64,000 nucleotides of DNA from the NCBI GenBank assembly GCA_024137785.1, contig JAHRHZ010000133.1, forward strand, positions 26,560,598-26,624,597, given 5' to 3'. The stretch comes from Ginglymostoma cirratum (lineage: Eukaryota). The translations under genes were made by a program, and so were the position numbers. The notes beneath the pieces are model-generated. The model worked only from the letters and a program-made list of their open reading frames with translations. It was not told where the DNA came from and did not search any database. Of the stretch, positions 42,690 to 56,967 are shown in pieces. Positions within the stretch are counted from its first letter, which is position 1; each line of letters starts with the position of its first letter.

Positions 42690-44220
42690 CCTCCAGAGGG
42701 CCCAGCATCACAGATGTAGTCTTCAGCAATTCAGTTTAACCATGTGACACCAAGAAAAAGTTGGATGCATTGGATACTGCAAAGGCTATCAGCCCTGAAA
42801 ACATTCTGGCAACGGGACAGAAGACTTGTACTCCCGAACTTGCTGAGTCCGTAGCTAAGCAATTCCAGGAACACTATAACGCTTTCATCTCCTCAACCAA
42901 AATTTCCCAGATGTGCCCCGTATACAAAAAGCAGGCCAAATTCAAGCCAATCAATTATCATTCCATTATTCTACTGTAAATCATCAGTAAAGTGATGGAA
43001 GGTGTCATCACCTGTGCTATCAAATAGCACATGCACAACAATAACCTGCTCACCAATGCAGAGTGCAGATTCTGCCAGGGCCATTCTGCTCCGAACCTCA
43101 TTACAGCCTTGGCCGAAACATGCACAAACAAGCTGAATTTCAGGAGGTCAGGTGAGAGTGACTACCCTTGGCACAAGCATACATTTGAGCAGGTGTGGCG
43201 TCAAAAGACTCGTGAAATCAATGGGAATCAGGGGAAAACTCTCCACTGGATACAGTCATTCTTGGCACAAAGGAAGATGTGTGGTGGTTGGAGGAGAGTC
43301 TTCTCAGTTCCAGGGCATCACGGTACTTGTTCCTCAGGGGAGTTCCTGAGCCCTTCAGTTGCATCATCAATGATCTATCCTCTATCATAAAAGGTTCGAA
43401 GTGGTGATGTTTGCTGATGGCTGCACATTGTACAGCACCATTCACAACCCGTCAGACACTGAAGTGGTCCATGCCCAAATGTATTCAGGCTTGGGCTGAC
43501 AAGGGGCAAGTAACATTCATGCCATTCAAGTACGAGGCAATGACTATTTCCAACAAGAAAGAATCTAACCATCATTCCACAATATTCACTGGTATTGCCA
43601 TCATTGAATCTCCCATTATCGACATTCTGGGGACCACAAGTGACGAGAAACGGAACTAGACTAGTCATACAAGTACTGGGGTAACAAGCTCAGGTCAGAG
43701 GCTAGGAATCTTGTAGCAAATAACCCTTTTCCTGACTCCCCAAAGTCTGCCCACTATCGACAAGACACAAATCAGGAATGTGATGGAACGCTTGGCTGAA
43801 CGAGTGCAGCTCCAATAACACTCCAACAATACCGGACAAGAGCTGGAATATGGGATTTAGATGCTTAGATGGTTGTTTTTGACCAATGCGAACACTGTGC
43901 TGTAGATTTCTATAAATCTATCACTCAAGAAGCTTGACACCATCCAGGACAAAGTAGCTCACTTCCTTAGCACCACATCCACACACATTCAGTCCGTTCA
44001 ACATCAATGGTCCATGGCAGCCGTGTTCATCATCCACTGCAGAAATTCAAAGCCCTTTATACAGCATTTCCAAAACCATGACTGCTACCATCTAGAAGAA
44101 CAAGGACAGCAGAAACATGAGAACACTGCCACCAGCAAGTTCACTACCACCTTTTCAAGGGAAAGTAGGGATGGGCAACAAATGATGGCCAAGTCAGTGA
44201 CGGTACATTCTTTCAGTAAA
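42690..44220 (+). mobile_element. decayed CR1/L2-superfamily LINE (RT region + 3'UTR), with a short CR1 tail inserted at ~43845-43920
   Basis: LDTAKAISPENI..KTCTPELA, NNLLTNA..F.QGHSAP.LITAL, VPQGS, frameshifted; tail gggatgggcaacaaatg. Confidence 0.8.
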
Positions 44221-44434
44221 GATGAAAAGACTCTTTGATCCCACCTTAAGTAACCACACCTAACACTTTCATCACCCTCCACTCAGTATGGAATTGTTTT
44301 CAGTTCTGTGAGAAGAGTTCTTACTTTTTAGTACTATAAAAGGTATACTATAGCAAGTGCAAGCTGCTTAAAAACTAATGCTTTCATAATATGTTTTTGA
44401 TGAGATTCACTGCATTACAAAATCACAACTTCTA

Positions 44435-44620
<186 letters not shown>

Positions 44621-44882
44621 TCAACTGTGCACAGCAATAATGAATTATATTTTCTCCTTTTATTCAACTAATAAGACAAAATACTGGACACATACATAAA
44701 CTCCAATCTATGATGATGAATAAACTATACTTCTGATAACCTAATCAGTCTGCAAAAATGTACTCATAATTCAAAAACAGAATGTAAATTGGTTATTACT
44801 GTTCCCAACATAGATTGAAGATACATTTAGTCCAGGATAAATTGGATTAGAAGTGACATCATTATGCTAATCAGAGGAAATT

Positions 44883-45212
44883 GGGGCGGTACAGTGGCTC
44901 AGTGGTTAGCACTGCTGCCTCACAGCACCAGGGACCCGGGTTTGATCCCACCCTTGGGCGACTGTCTGCATGGAGTTTGCACATTCTGCCCTTGTCTGTG
45001 TGGGTTTCCTCTGGGTGCTCCAGTTTCCTCCCACAGTCCAAAGATGTGCATCATAGGTGGATTGGTTATGCTAAATTGTCCATCGTGTTCAGGGATGTTT
45101 AGCTTAGGTGGGTTATAGGGGAGGAGTCTGGGTGGGATGCTTCAAGGGTTGGTGTGGACTTGTTGGGCCAAAGGGCCTGTTTCCGCACTGTAGGGATTCT
45201 ATGATTCTATGA
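44883..45212 (+). mobile_element. HE1-type V-SINE
   Basis: gggcggtacagtggctcagtggttagcactgctgcctcac...gattctatgattctat. Confidence 0.9.
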
Positions 45213-46825
45213 AAATAAAATATTTGCATGCTTTTTACCAAAATAAAGCACCTAATTAGATAGTTGAGGATCACAGTATTTTATGTTGTCTTATTAATTC
45301 TGAATCTAAGTCAACTTTTAGATTGAAGAGGAATGTATCAAGTAGACTTGTTCAGCAGTAAGCAGCCTTTGAAAACTTTCAAGTATCAGAAATCTATTTC
45401 TGAGTGAGCCTTTGCACTGTTTTAATAATAATGCTGGTGGTATTTGCAGCTGGCAAGTGGAGGTGCACAGAGGATAAATCAGATATCCAATGCACAAGTA
45501 CAACCATTTTCAAAAAGCTCACAAAAATGAAACTAATACATGGCTCACTTTTGAACTGAACATTTTCTAGACACTTTGGCCACTACATTCCTCATCATAA
45601 TAAGAGTGCAATTCTACCCAAATGCACAATATTGCACATTAGCTACAAACACACATACACACATATACAGGCTTGACAAAAGAGGCAAATATACCAAAAA
45701 CTTGGCAGAAAGCTTCAGCCTCAGTGGAACTGCATAACAAGTACTGATTCTAAATAGGTTTAAACTCAGTAGCACAAAATCAACATGTTTTCTTGGGATA
45801 CAACTCTCAGTTAATCAAAGTAGGGCTACAATTCTTATGAATGACGCTGTTCAATCTCCATAATAAAGTTCACAGTTTAGAGCAGCCATGGAGGACAGAA
45901 TGGATTTCCCTGAAGTTATACCTGAGAATGTTTTCTTATCTAGAATAAATACGTGAGAGAAAGATGTGTTGCCTCCCCCCACCACCTCTCCAAATATGGA
46001 TGGGAGGAGGCAGAAAGAAAACATCTCCTTAAACTTATCTCGAACCTCAGTGTGACACATGTCCAATCATTTGTAAAGGCCAAGGTAAATTATCAAGTGT
46101 GTTACCACAAATTCAGGGAACAATCTATTTTGTATGGATAGCACTAAAATAAAGTTTTGCATTTAACCTGGGCTCAAGATCATAGAACCGTATCTTCAAG
46201 TTAGAAAGGAATGATTGTACACAACAAATGAAGCATTGAAATTTGGCACAAAATCCAATTGGAAGGCAGAAAAAGGAGCCAAAATGAATTTAACTAAAGT
46301 GAATTCCTTTCTATATCTACTGTTAACAGTACTGGAATTTATTACAGTTCAAGCCTGTGTAGTTTAAGAAAAATAGAGTTAGATGGACAAGAGTTCACAT
46401 TTGTGTAACAGATTCAGATCAACCACCAGAAAAATAGCAATGGAGAAACTAGTCTCTTCTCTTTGCAGAAAATGAGAAATTTCAACCAGCAACACTGACA
46501 AGAGACAGTTGTCCCACCATATCTTTTATTTGGAATAAATGAATAAATGAGCTGAACAATCTCAGTTTGAAAAGGATACAACAGTAGCAGTAACGCAACA
46601 ATTTCAATACACTGCACTGGTTTAAATCCACGTTTCCCAATTTAACCTTCTGGTTTATATAAATGTATTTCCACACAGCAGGTTTGCAAAGGGCCAAGAA
46701 CAGATCTTGTGTGACCTTAGGTAAAATAATATAGCATTTACAGTACTTTACTTGAAGCTGTTATGTTGTGATTTATATACATTTTAATATCTATTTGAGA
46801 TTTTTGAACTTTGAGTTAGCAACGT

Positions 46826-46945
46826 GTGTGAGAGAGAGCACGAGAGAGAGAGCGTGCGAGAGACAGCGCGTATGTGAGAGTGTGAGAAAAGAGAGAGAGA
46901 GAGAAAAAAGAGACAGAGAGAAAAGAGACAACGTGAGAGAGATTA
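46826..46945. repeat. imperfect (GA)n/(GT)n microsatellite
   Basis: gtgtgagagagagc...gagagagagagagaaaaaagagacagagag. Confidence 0.85.
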
Positions 46946-47132
46946 ACTTGTAAGTACTTCTATATCTATGGAGGTTTACTTTGAAACACGGTATAAAAAA
47001 CACACTTTCTGGAGAGTAAGGAGGTTTTGTTTTCATTTGGTAAATATTATGAGCGAATAATTAGTCATGTCCTAGGTATCAGTTAGAATGTTCTGGACTT
47101 TTTTTGGCCCAAAGGCAACACAGGTAGCTTGA

Positions 47133-47290
47133 AGAAAGTTGACGTTTCAAGTCAGGTACTTTTTTCTGAAGAAGGGTCCCTTCTCAAAACGTCAACTTTC
47201 CCGCTCCTTGGATGCTGTCTGGCCTGCTGTGTTCCTCCAGCTCCACACTTCGTTATCTCTGACTCCAGCATCTGCAATTCTTGCTATCTC
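47133..47290 (+). mobile_element. PLE family A terminus with short inverted 5' piece
   Basis: gaaagttgacgtttc ... ctgaagaagggtcc..aaaacgtcaactttcc...gctatctc. Confidence 0.7.
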
Positions 47291-47421
47291 TAGCTACAAG
47301 AAAACCTTTAACAGTTCCGGCTTGCAGAAGTCTTGGCTGAAGCTGGCTGCCTAAGACAGTTGGTCGCTAAGAAGGAAGGCAGTTTAAAACTTTTAAGAAA
47401 TCTGACACCTATTGCAAGGAG

Positions 47422-47946
47422 ATAAAAGGTACTGCAGATGCTGGAGAATCCGAGATAACAAGCATGGGGCTGGATGAACACAGCAGGTCAAGCAGCATCA
47501 NNNNNNNNNNNNNNNNNNNNNNNNNNNNNNNNNNNNNNNNNNNNNNNNNNNNNNNNNNNNNNNNNNNNNNNNNNNNNNNNNNNNNNNNNNNNNNNNNNNN
47601 NNNNNNNNNNNNNNNNNNNNNNNNNNNNNNNNNNNNNNNNNNNNNNNNNNNNNNNNNNNNNNNNNNNNNNNNNNNNNNNNNNNNNNNNNNNNNNNNNNNN
47701 NNNNNNNNNNNNNNNNNNNNNNNNNNNNNNNNNNNNNNNNNNNNNNNNNNNNNNNNNNNNNNNNNNNNNNNNNNNNNNNNNNNNNNNNNNNNNNNNNNNN
47801 NNNNNNNNNNNNNNNNNNNNNNNNNNNNNNNNNNNNNNNNNNNNNNNNNNNNNNNNNNNNNNNNNNNNNNNNNNNNNNNNNNNNNNNNNNNNNNNNNNNN
47901 TGATGCTGCTTGACCTGCTGTGTTCATCCAGCCCCATGCTTGTTAT
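47422..47946. mobile_element. fold-back PLE family A insertion spanning a 400-N gap, 16-bp TSD
   Basis: TSD cacctattgcaaggag 47406-47421 / 47947-47962; arms are reverse complements. Confidence 0.8.
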
Positions 47947-49089
47947 CACCTATTGCAAGGAGTTCAGTTAGAAAGTTCAAGACCAGAGTCATATGGTTAA
48001 AAACCCTGAAAGAATTATTGGAAGATGGGAAAGTCTAAGATCATTGTATGAAGACACAAGACAGAAGCGAGCAGATTCTCGAATCTGGAAGTTGAAGTCA
48101 CAGTTAAATTAAGTTTACTGATGTGATAGAGAAGGGAATTCTCTCTGGTGAGAGTACCGCCTAGGATTAATGGGGTTGTATTTAACAGTATCCTGAAACC
48201 TTTAAACTTGTGTTGTGTGTAAATAGTTTGGTTTATTTGATTTTTTCATTCCCTATGTGAAATAAAATTAAGTTTACTGTTAAAACCAAATTTGTAGCAT
48301 TGCGTGTCAGTGAAAGACCTCTCAGTAAAACAAAAAAAAAAAATCTATCAAGCCAGTTTACAGTCTGGATTCAACTCGTCCAGTAATAACATCAGATGGG
48401 ATCATAACAAATCTACATGTTTCAGTTCAAATTCTTTTGTCGAAGGTTGAGGAATTGAATCAAAAGCTCTTTACATTTGTGCAATGGACCAAAACAAAAA
48501 ACCAAGAAAGCTGACAGATCACATACACAACTAACAATGGACTCACTAATTTATCTCAAAGAAGGGAGCATATCATTCCAACCAACAAACATGACGGCAT
48601 GCACCCGAGTGTCAGATAAGCCTTTTTTTTTTGAGAACAGCAATGACAGCACAACACCTAGTGGTCAGATTTATACTAAACAGTGGAAGTGAACAGCACC
48701 TGGAGACCAGCATTGGCACCTAAAACAGCAGGAAGCCGAAAGAACTAGAGACAGACAGCAGCTCCTAACCAATACAATACAGACCAGTCCAGTCCAGAGC
48801 TCCAGAGCAGACCAACCACATTCTCATAGCAATTCAAGTGTGACATCATAGAAAAACAGGCAACTGATTGGTTGGTGAATATTTTTCTCATTTAACCTTC
48901 AAAACTCCGGTAATTTAAGTAATTGGCAAGTTTTATTTGTGGTTGTGCAGTTTACTAAGAGCAGTAGAGCTGGAGATTGAGACACTATGACACATCAAGG
49001 GCAGGGAAAGTTATTGGATACTTGGTTCTAGGAGGCAGTCACATCCCTTAGGATACAGTTGTCAGGGAAACCTTCCTCACCCTTATCTA

Positions 49090-49940
49090 CTTTCCAGAAG
49101 GACCACTCTCTCCGTGACTCCCTTGTCCACCCCACACCCCACACCCCCAGGCACTTTTCCCTGCAACCGCACAAAGAGCTACACCAGCCCCTACACTTGC
49201 CCCCTCACCCCCATCCCAGGCCCCAAGAAGACCTTCCACATCAAACAGATGTTCACCTGCACATCTGCTAACGTGGTATACTGTATCCGCTACATCAGGG
49301 AAACCAAGCGGAGACTTGGGGACCGCTTTGTGGAACACCTACGCTCAGTTCGCAACAAAACGACTGCACCTCCCAGTTGCGAACCATTTCAACTACCCCT
49401 CTCCCACTCCTTGTCCATCCTGGGCCTCCTGCAGTGCCACAACGATGCAGGAACAGCATCTCATATTTCGCTTGGGAACCCTGCAGCCCAATGGTATCAA
49501 TGTGGACTTCACAAGCTTCAAAATCTCTCCTCCTGCTACTGCATCTCAAAACCAGCCCAGCTCGTACCGGCCTTCCTAACCTGTCCTTCTTCCCACCTAT
49601 CCACTCCTCCCACCTCAAGCCACACCCCCATCTTCGACTTACCAGCTTCATCCCGCCTCCTTGACCTGCCATCCTCCCTGGACTGGTATCCCCTCCCTAA
49701 CTCCCCACCTACACTCACTTTTACTGACTCCATCCCCGCCTCTTTGACCTGTCTGTCTCCTCTCCACTTATCTTCTCCTCTTTCCATCTTCTATCCATAT
49801 CCCACTCTCTCCCTATTTATTTCAGAATCCCCTTCCCCTCCCCCATTTCTGAAGAAGGGTCGAGACCCAAAACATCAGCTTTCCTGCTCCTCTGATGCTG
49901 CTTGGCCTGCTGTGTTCATCCAGCTCTACACCTTGTTATT
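49090..49940 (+). mobile_element. PLE family A 3' fragment: frameshifted GIY-YIG endonuclease + terminus
   Basis: FHIKQMFTCTSANVVYCIR..YIRETKRRLGDRFVEHLRSV; HLPVANHFN; EQHLIFRLGTLQPNGINVDF; ends ctgaagaagggtcgagacccaaaacatcagc..ttgttat. Confidence 0.88.
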
Positions 49941-51751
49941 CAAATAATCAATATAGATTGTGAATAGCTGAGACCAAAACACTGATCCTTCCATTATGCT
50001 GCTAGTCTCTGTCTTCAAATTTGGGAATTACCTATTCATTCCCACTCTTCTCAAAAAAATGCTTTGCGCTGCAAGATGGTGAAAGTGCAAATCAATAATA
50101 GAGGATTCAGGGACACATTGATGATGAATGGGGTCATCAGCCTATTTGCTGAGCCAGTGAAATTTAAGAATTTAGAAAGCATTGGAAAAATGTTTTCGAG
50201 TCAAAACAAGTACAGAAAGGGAAAAGAAGAAAGTGAAAGCAATAAGGAAATATACAGTTATCTGACAATTTATCTGTGGCGTGGCAAAGCAATTCTCTTG
50301 TTCCATTTCACGACCAGACAGATTAAGCATCATTGCAGCAACATTAATCTTATTAAAATTATATTTACCCTTCAAACAGGAATTACTTGTGCCAGAATTT
50401 AAATTAAAATAATTCATTTCAAGTTGCTCACAAGGCTATTTAAAACCTATCTTCATTGTAAGTGTGATTTTAAATATTTGAAGATAGGAGAAGCTTTTAA
50501 TACAAAAAACAATGCATATGCATTTATTACGGCACTTCCCTGCACTGATACAGAAATACTGACAATTACTACCAACTATAATGCATAATAGAACAGGCAA
50601 AATAAGTTAAAATAAAACTACAACACTGAAGCTTTACATTTCACATGACTATTGCCCTCAACAAGTTAGCATACAGAAATCAACTTTTCAGTTAAAGTGA
50701 ATAAATCAATTAATTTCAGGACTCAAGCAAACTATTAAAAGAATGTCAAGGTCGGGGAACCTGCAAACATGAAATAACATACTCTGCTCATATTCTCAAG
50801 GTTCTGGGGAGCTTCTTGCATAATCAAGCAAATAATAATAAAAAAGCCAAACCATTTGCAGTATTAATCTGTGATGCTACTGTCATCCTCGTGCAGCCTG
50901 CAGATGCAATTGATACTTGTCAAATAAGGAAAGTACATTAGAAAATTAAATTAAATAAAGCAATGGCCAAGGGTTTTTATCAGTAGGGTGGTTACATCAC
51001 ACAGCTTGTTTGTATTCATGTTGCATGCCAGCCAAGTTGTTAGAGTGATTAATAAAGTCAGAGCTTCAAAAAGAAACCAATGCAACAAAAGGCATTTAAA
51101 CACATCAAACCAACACTTGTTTGAGGCTGTGGTGGGGAAGGGAGGCTTGGCTGTAGGTGGAAAATAAGAGGAAAATGGGTACAACGAGGGAAAAACCTAC
51201 CCAAACTGAATTATCCAACAAGATCTCCTGTACAAAAGAACAAATGACAGACCTGTCACAATAATACCCTGGTTGTTAAACAAATGTAAACTATAGTACC
51301 ATTATAATATTGAAAGCAAGTACTTGACATTACATAAAGCATTCTGCTCCAAATCATTACCTGGAGCCTGCACACCATCAGAAAACAAAATTCATTTTAC
51401 AAAACCAGGTGAATTAATCACAGTGCCAGGCTCTAAGTCCAACCCATGAAATCACAAGATTGTGGTAAAATGCAAAACACAGTCCTTCAGACTATTAACA
51501 TGCTGTACTAACAAATAAAGCAATTATATTAATGAGGCTTAAATAACATGGGACCACTGGCGCTACGCAGTTTTTCTATGTTAGAGTGAGTTTTTAATAA
51601 GGACCCCCATATTTGGCTGGTTGATGTATTAACCTGGTCCTGGCTCTGTGCATGGTTAATTAAGCATGCACTGCAGAAACAAACAAAAGCTGTATAGACT
51701 AGGTGATGTAAAGCTTAAGTCAGAGCAAGGGGTACAACAAAATTAGCTTTA

Positions 51752-52006
<255 letters not shown>

Positions 52007-52169
52007 TTAAATATATATAGATTATTTATTTATAATTAGAACAGTAAGTATACTGAATTCCTTAGGTGTTCCTCATACACTGAAAAATATTACTTTCCAG
52101 CATTGACCCCAACAGGAAAATTTGTCCACAATCAGTTTGTTTTCCCAATAGTCAGCTGTGACTCGAACA

Positions 52170-52565
52170 TCACTGCACTTCTCAGTAACAAGGCTACAGG
52201 TTCAAGTCCCATTCCAGTGCTTGAACTTAAAAATTAAGGCTGACACTCTGGTGCAATACTGAATGAATACGGCACTGTCAGATGGTCTGTATTTCAAATG
52301 AGACATTAAACTGAAACCCAATCTGCTTGTTTGGGTGGATGCTTAAGAAATGGCGGTACTATTGAGAAGAATTCTCTCTGGTGTCCTGATCAATACTTAC
52401 CCTTCAAGCAACATAAAAAAAGAAATCAGTCGTCATGAGTTATGATATCATTGTCTACTGGAGCTTGCTGTGCACGAGTTGGCTTGAGTGGCCTACTTAT
52501 AAAGCACTTCGTTGACTACAAAACAATTTGAAATATCAGATGGTTGTGATTACCACTATAAAAAG
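52170..52565 (+). mobile_element. ancient Deu-domain SINE (SacSINE1/AmnSINE1-like)
   Basis: B-box ggttcaagtcc, then aggctgacact..gtgcaatactga..gcactgtcaga..atgagacattaaac..ggtggatg..ggtgtcctg.caatacttacccttcaa, resembling the Deu domain as I recall it. Confidence 0.6.
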
Positions 52566-52779
52566 TTTTATTTTGCCTTTCAATACAACTTATTTATTAT
52601 TGATACTGCACCATTAATATAGAGAACTGAGGTGTTTCACAGACAGCTAGGAACAAAGGGATGCATTAGGGCAGACAGCCAAATGCGAGGTTGACTTGGA
52701 GGAAAGAACCCTAGAGGCAGAGGGGTGTATGGAGGGATTTTCAGAGCTTAGAATCTTGTCAGTTCAAGGTAAAGCTTTA

Positions 52780-53420
52780 ATAAAGCAGCAAATAAAATCA
52801 GCGATGTTATTAACACCCTATGAAGAGATATAGACTATAAAGCTGTGAGGTTATGTTAAATTCTTGAAAATACTTGTTCAACCTCAACACATTACTGTGT
52901 CCAGTTCAGCACACAACACTTGTGAAGGCATTAGAGAGAATGCAAAGATAGACAAAGTAGGTCTTCGGTTGAGAAATTTTAGTTCTATGAATAAAGTGGA
53001 GAAGTTGGGTCTGTTTTCCCTGGAGAAGAGGAGAAGAACATTGAAACGAGATCTGATAAGGATATTCAAAATTATGAAGAGTCTGGACACAGCAGATCAG
53101 GAAAATTGCACCCACCAGAAAAAGGTTCAAAAAGAAGAGGGGACAGATTTAAAGTAACTAGTAAAAGAAAAAATTACAGACAAACATTTTCATGCAGCAA
53201 GCAGTTATGATCAAGAATGTCATGCCCAACCATATGGCGTAGACAACTTTAATCAAAGCAATCAAAAGAGAGTTGGATTATCTGGAGAGGAAGAATATGC
53301 AGGGCTATAAGGTGAAGGCAGTGGAATGTCAATAGGTGAATTGCTTATTCAAACAGTGATACAGAGTTGATGGGCCAAATGGCCTCCTTCCTTGCCATAA
53401 CAGTGGTGATTCTGTGAATG
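52780..53420 (+). mobile_element. decayed CR1 3' fragment
   Basis: EKLGLFSLEKRRR.LKRDLIRIFKIMKSLD; gggccaaatggcctccttc tail. Confidence 0.7.
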
Positions 53421-53459
53421 CCCATGAGTCCAGAATTGAGCACAAACATCTCTGGGCTC

Positions 53460-53880
53460 TAGCTCTAGAGCTTGAAAAGATTCCGGAGATAAGGAAAGGG
53501 TAGTCTATGGAAGGGTGTGAAAACAGGATATGAATTTTAAAATCAGGATGCTGCTTAACTTGCAACCAATGTAGGTCAATGAGCAGAAGGGTGACGGGTA
53601 ATGAGATCTTGCTGTTTAGGACACAGGCAGTAGAATTTTGGATAACCTCACATTTATAAATAATAGATCATTGCAGGGGACCAGACGTCTCTGACCAGCT
53701 GTGTCTCCAGGTCACAAGGAATGTAGTTCTGCAGATGAATTAGGCAGAAATGCTGATGGGCAATGTTGTGGAGGTAGAAATGAGCAACTTAGTCATTGGT
53801 ACAAAAATATGGATGGCATCTTATCTCAGGGTCAACTCTGACACCAAAGTTACAAACAGTCAGGTTGATAAGAAGAGTGC
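53460..53880 (-). mobile_element. ancient L2-like remnant
   Basis: aaacaggatatgaattttaaaatc...accaatgtaggtcaatgagc is the reverse complement of the L2 pattern at 14330/17390. Confidence 0.5.
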
Positions 53881-53984
53881 TGCAGTGGGTAAAACCATAA
53901 GATAAAAAAGCAGAATTAGGCTATCAGGCCTATCAGGGCTGCTCTGCCATAGGATCATGGTTGATATGATTCTCAAGGTGGTTT

Positions 53985-54625
53985 TCCAAGATGGTGATGG
54001 AGGAGGGCTCCTGAGCCGGAGCATGTCGACTCTTTTCTCACTTGTTTCTTTTTGTTAAGTCTTTATTTCCTACTTTCCTTCTGCAGGGAACTTGGTCTTG
54101 GAAGCAGCTGCAGTGGCAGCAGTGACTGGGAGCCTGGAGCGGGCACTTTGGTGGTCGGCCACGGGGTGGCTGGTGTGCCCTGGCAGAATTCTGGCAGTCG
54201 GTGTCATTGCAGCTTCTTTGAAGTTTGGATCATGGAAGCTTGGATGGCAGCATGGAGGCACAAAGGTTGAGAGACTGAGCCCAGCACAGGAGAGGGATTA
54301 ATCGCTCCTTGGGAGTGCGAGATCCAGCTCAGCTTGGGGGAAGAGATTTATCCCTCGTGAGGAGAATGGACCCTCATGGGAAAAGCCCAGTGTGGAGCGA
54401 CTGCATGCCCATGGTTAAAGAACTGTAATATTGAAACTTTTAACTTTATTTCTTCACTTACCACTTTATACTGAGAAGGAATGTAATATTGAACTTTTAA
54501 CTTAATTCTTTATTTTTCTATTTTGTACGCATGTACCTTGTACCCAAGACGCACTGTGAAATATAGTAAACTTTTCACTGTACTCCTATATCTCTATCCT
54601 TGAGTACACATGACAATAGAACCTA
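53985..54625 (+). mobile_element. ~640-bp non-coding retroelement with Rex/Babar-like tail, inserted in a CR1 3' end (53890-53980 + 54625-54880, -)
   Basis: Starts ttccaagatgg; ends cttttcactgtactc..gagtacacatgacaata; the CR1 tail resumes on both sides. Confidence 0.55.
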
Positions 54626-55191
54626 ATTATAATTCACCTGCCTTCTCCCCATAACCCTTCCTTATCAAGAACCTAGCTATCTTTGTCCTAAACACACACA
54701 ATAACTTGGCCTTCACAGTCTTCTGTAGCAGTGAATTCCACAGATTCACCACCCTTTGGTTAAAGAGTTGTACCTTCATTCTGCGGCTGTGCCTTTGGGT
54801 TCTAGTTTCTCTAACTAATGGAAACATCATCTTCACGTCTACTCTATTCAGACCTTGCAGTATTATGGAAGTTTCAATGAAATGGGTAGCTAGAAAATGA
54901 ATAATGGTTTTGCCCCAAAATTAAATTGAAGGAAATTTTTACACATCCAATATTGGGCATTAGGCAAGCACTTTGACAATTTAGACACAATAGAAATGTG
55001 AAAAAAAGAGTTTGTGATGAGATACATACGAATACCACTGAAAACACTCACATATCTTAAATAAAACCACTTGAATAAATACATGTAATACTAACATTAG
55101 AATGTAAATTTTAGAGATTTATCACAGAATGGAAAATAAATTTTGAATATTGTTAAATATTCTTATTATAATGATGAAACTTTTATTTTTA

Positions 55192-55401
<210 letters not shown>

Positions 55402-55565
55402 CTACAAATGAAGTGAAGAAGGTTATTTAGAACTACAATGCGCATTCTAAATAATCTTTCTTTTAACGGATTACTTCCATTTATTAATAAATTGATAAAT
55501 TTAGCAACATTGGTCAAAGAAATATTGCTAACAACAGTGCATTCCAAACAAAACACTTTTACACC

Positions 55566-55603
55566 AAATTGTACTTCTTAGGTTAAATTGTACTTCTTAG
55601 GTT
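55566..55603. repeat. exact 19-bp tandem duplication
   Basis: aaattgtacttcttaggtt x2. Confidence 0.9.
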
Positions 55604-56967
55604 AGCCTTGTAAATAATTAGATGTAAGTAATCACTTTGACACCATTAAACAGGGAACATTCATGGTACTGAATTGTTACACAATTTGAAAAATTGAAGA
55701 TCTTAGTTTATTTAAAATCAATCAATTACATTTGACTCAATGTTTAACATTCTTGTATATACAAGTTAATTTTACACCATTCTGCTGTTACACTTTGAAG
55801 GCAAGCATACTTTAGAAACCGAAATACTTTTCATGGTTTGTAATTATTCATATGCTAAGTAATGTGGTTAAATGAGTGATTTAAATCATCTTCTAAAATG
55901 GAATAGTTACCTCAAATGTATCATAAACTGGAAACATGCTCAGGGTAAACATTTACTTAGTCTCAGCTGATGACTAATTATAATAGGTTGGTGTTGCAGA
56001 TTTTGTTTGCCTGAAAACTGCGTGAGGTTTGATTTCTTCAGAGATATATCTAAAGTGAAATGACTAATCTTAGCTGATGATAGCTGTGGCTAACCTGAAA
56101 GCGGTACATGAATAGTTAGCTGTGAAGGTCAGAGATTTTTCTTGGAAGGGTGAACTGATCATTAAGACCAACTAGGCTGAGATAAGAAAAGTTGAGGTAA
56201 CTGTAACCGAGAAAGACCAAGTAGTATGTATGAAGGCTCAGGAAGCTAATAGCAGATGAATGACATTTATGATAGACTTTTCAATGAGAGATTTAGGCAA
56301 AGAACTCAACATTTACAATCTCCTTTCTAGGTTAAAGAAACCTAGTCAATAATCCATCTAGGTCACCAATGAGAAATGACAAATGTACAAATGATACAAG
56401 AGACTTTGAAAGATTTTCAGTGCAGAGAAATAAAGGGAAAGTGAGAGAGCGAGAAAGTGAGAGCACGCAAGCATGTGCACGTGAGGGGTGGGGAAGAGCG
56501 GGACAGGCAGGAGAGCGGGAGAGGAAGCGGGGATGGGAGAGAGATAGGGGCATTGGGAGAGAGAAAGGATGGGGTGTGAGAGTGGGCAAAGAGAGGACAA
56601 AAGAAGTATTCATTCATGCCAAGATCTTGCTTAATCCGGACTAGCACATGCTACTTTGCATGATCATACACTTTTCCTGCACAGTTTAAGTGCTGCATCC
56701 AGTTTTAAATTGCAGATAACATACTGAATAGAGGTGATCCTGTTTAATGGAATAGTGATATCAACTATCATTGAGGAACAAAATTTTCATCCATCCATAA
56801 AGCACACATCCAAAATTCAATTCATTATTTAGTATCATGCCATCCAAGCAAGTAAAACTACAATTTGAAGTCCAACAACAGAGTTTAGGAAAGGACCATG
56901 CATTTACATCATGCGGTCTTGAAATGAATTCGATGAAGTATTTGCACAAAACTCAGATTAACATAAA

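Larger units (their letters stand above)
47050..48408 (+). mobile_element. LTR-like element interrupted by PLE insertions
   Basis: Ends ...cagatgggatcataaca with aataaa upstream; 5' boundary uncertain. Confidence 0.35.

Noticed and set aside
49114-49947. 277-aa ORF as a host gene
   Set aside because: Frameshifted PLE GIY-YIG remnant running into the element's pyrimidine-rich terminal region.
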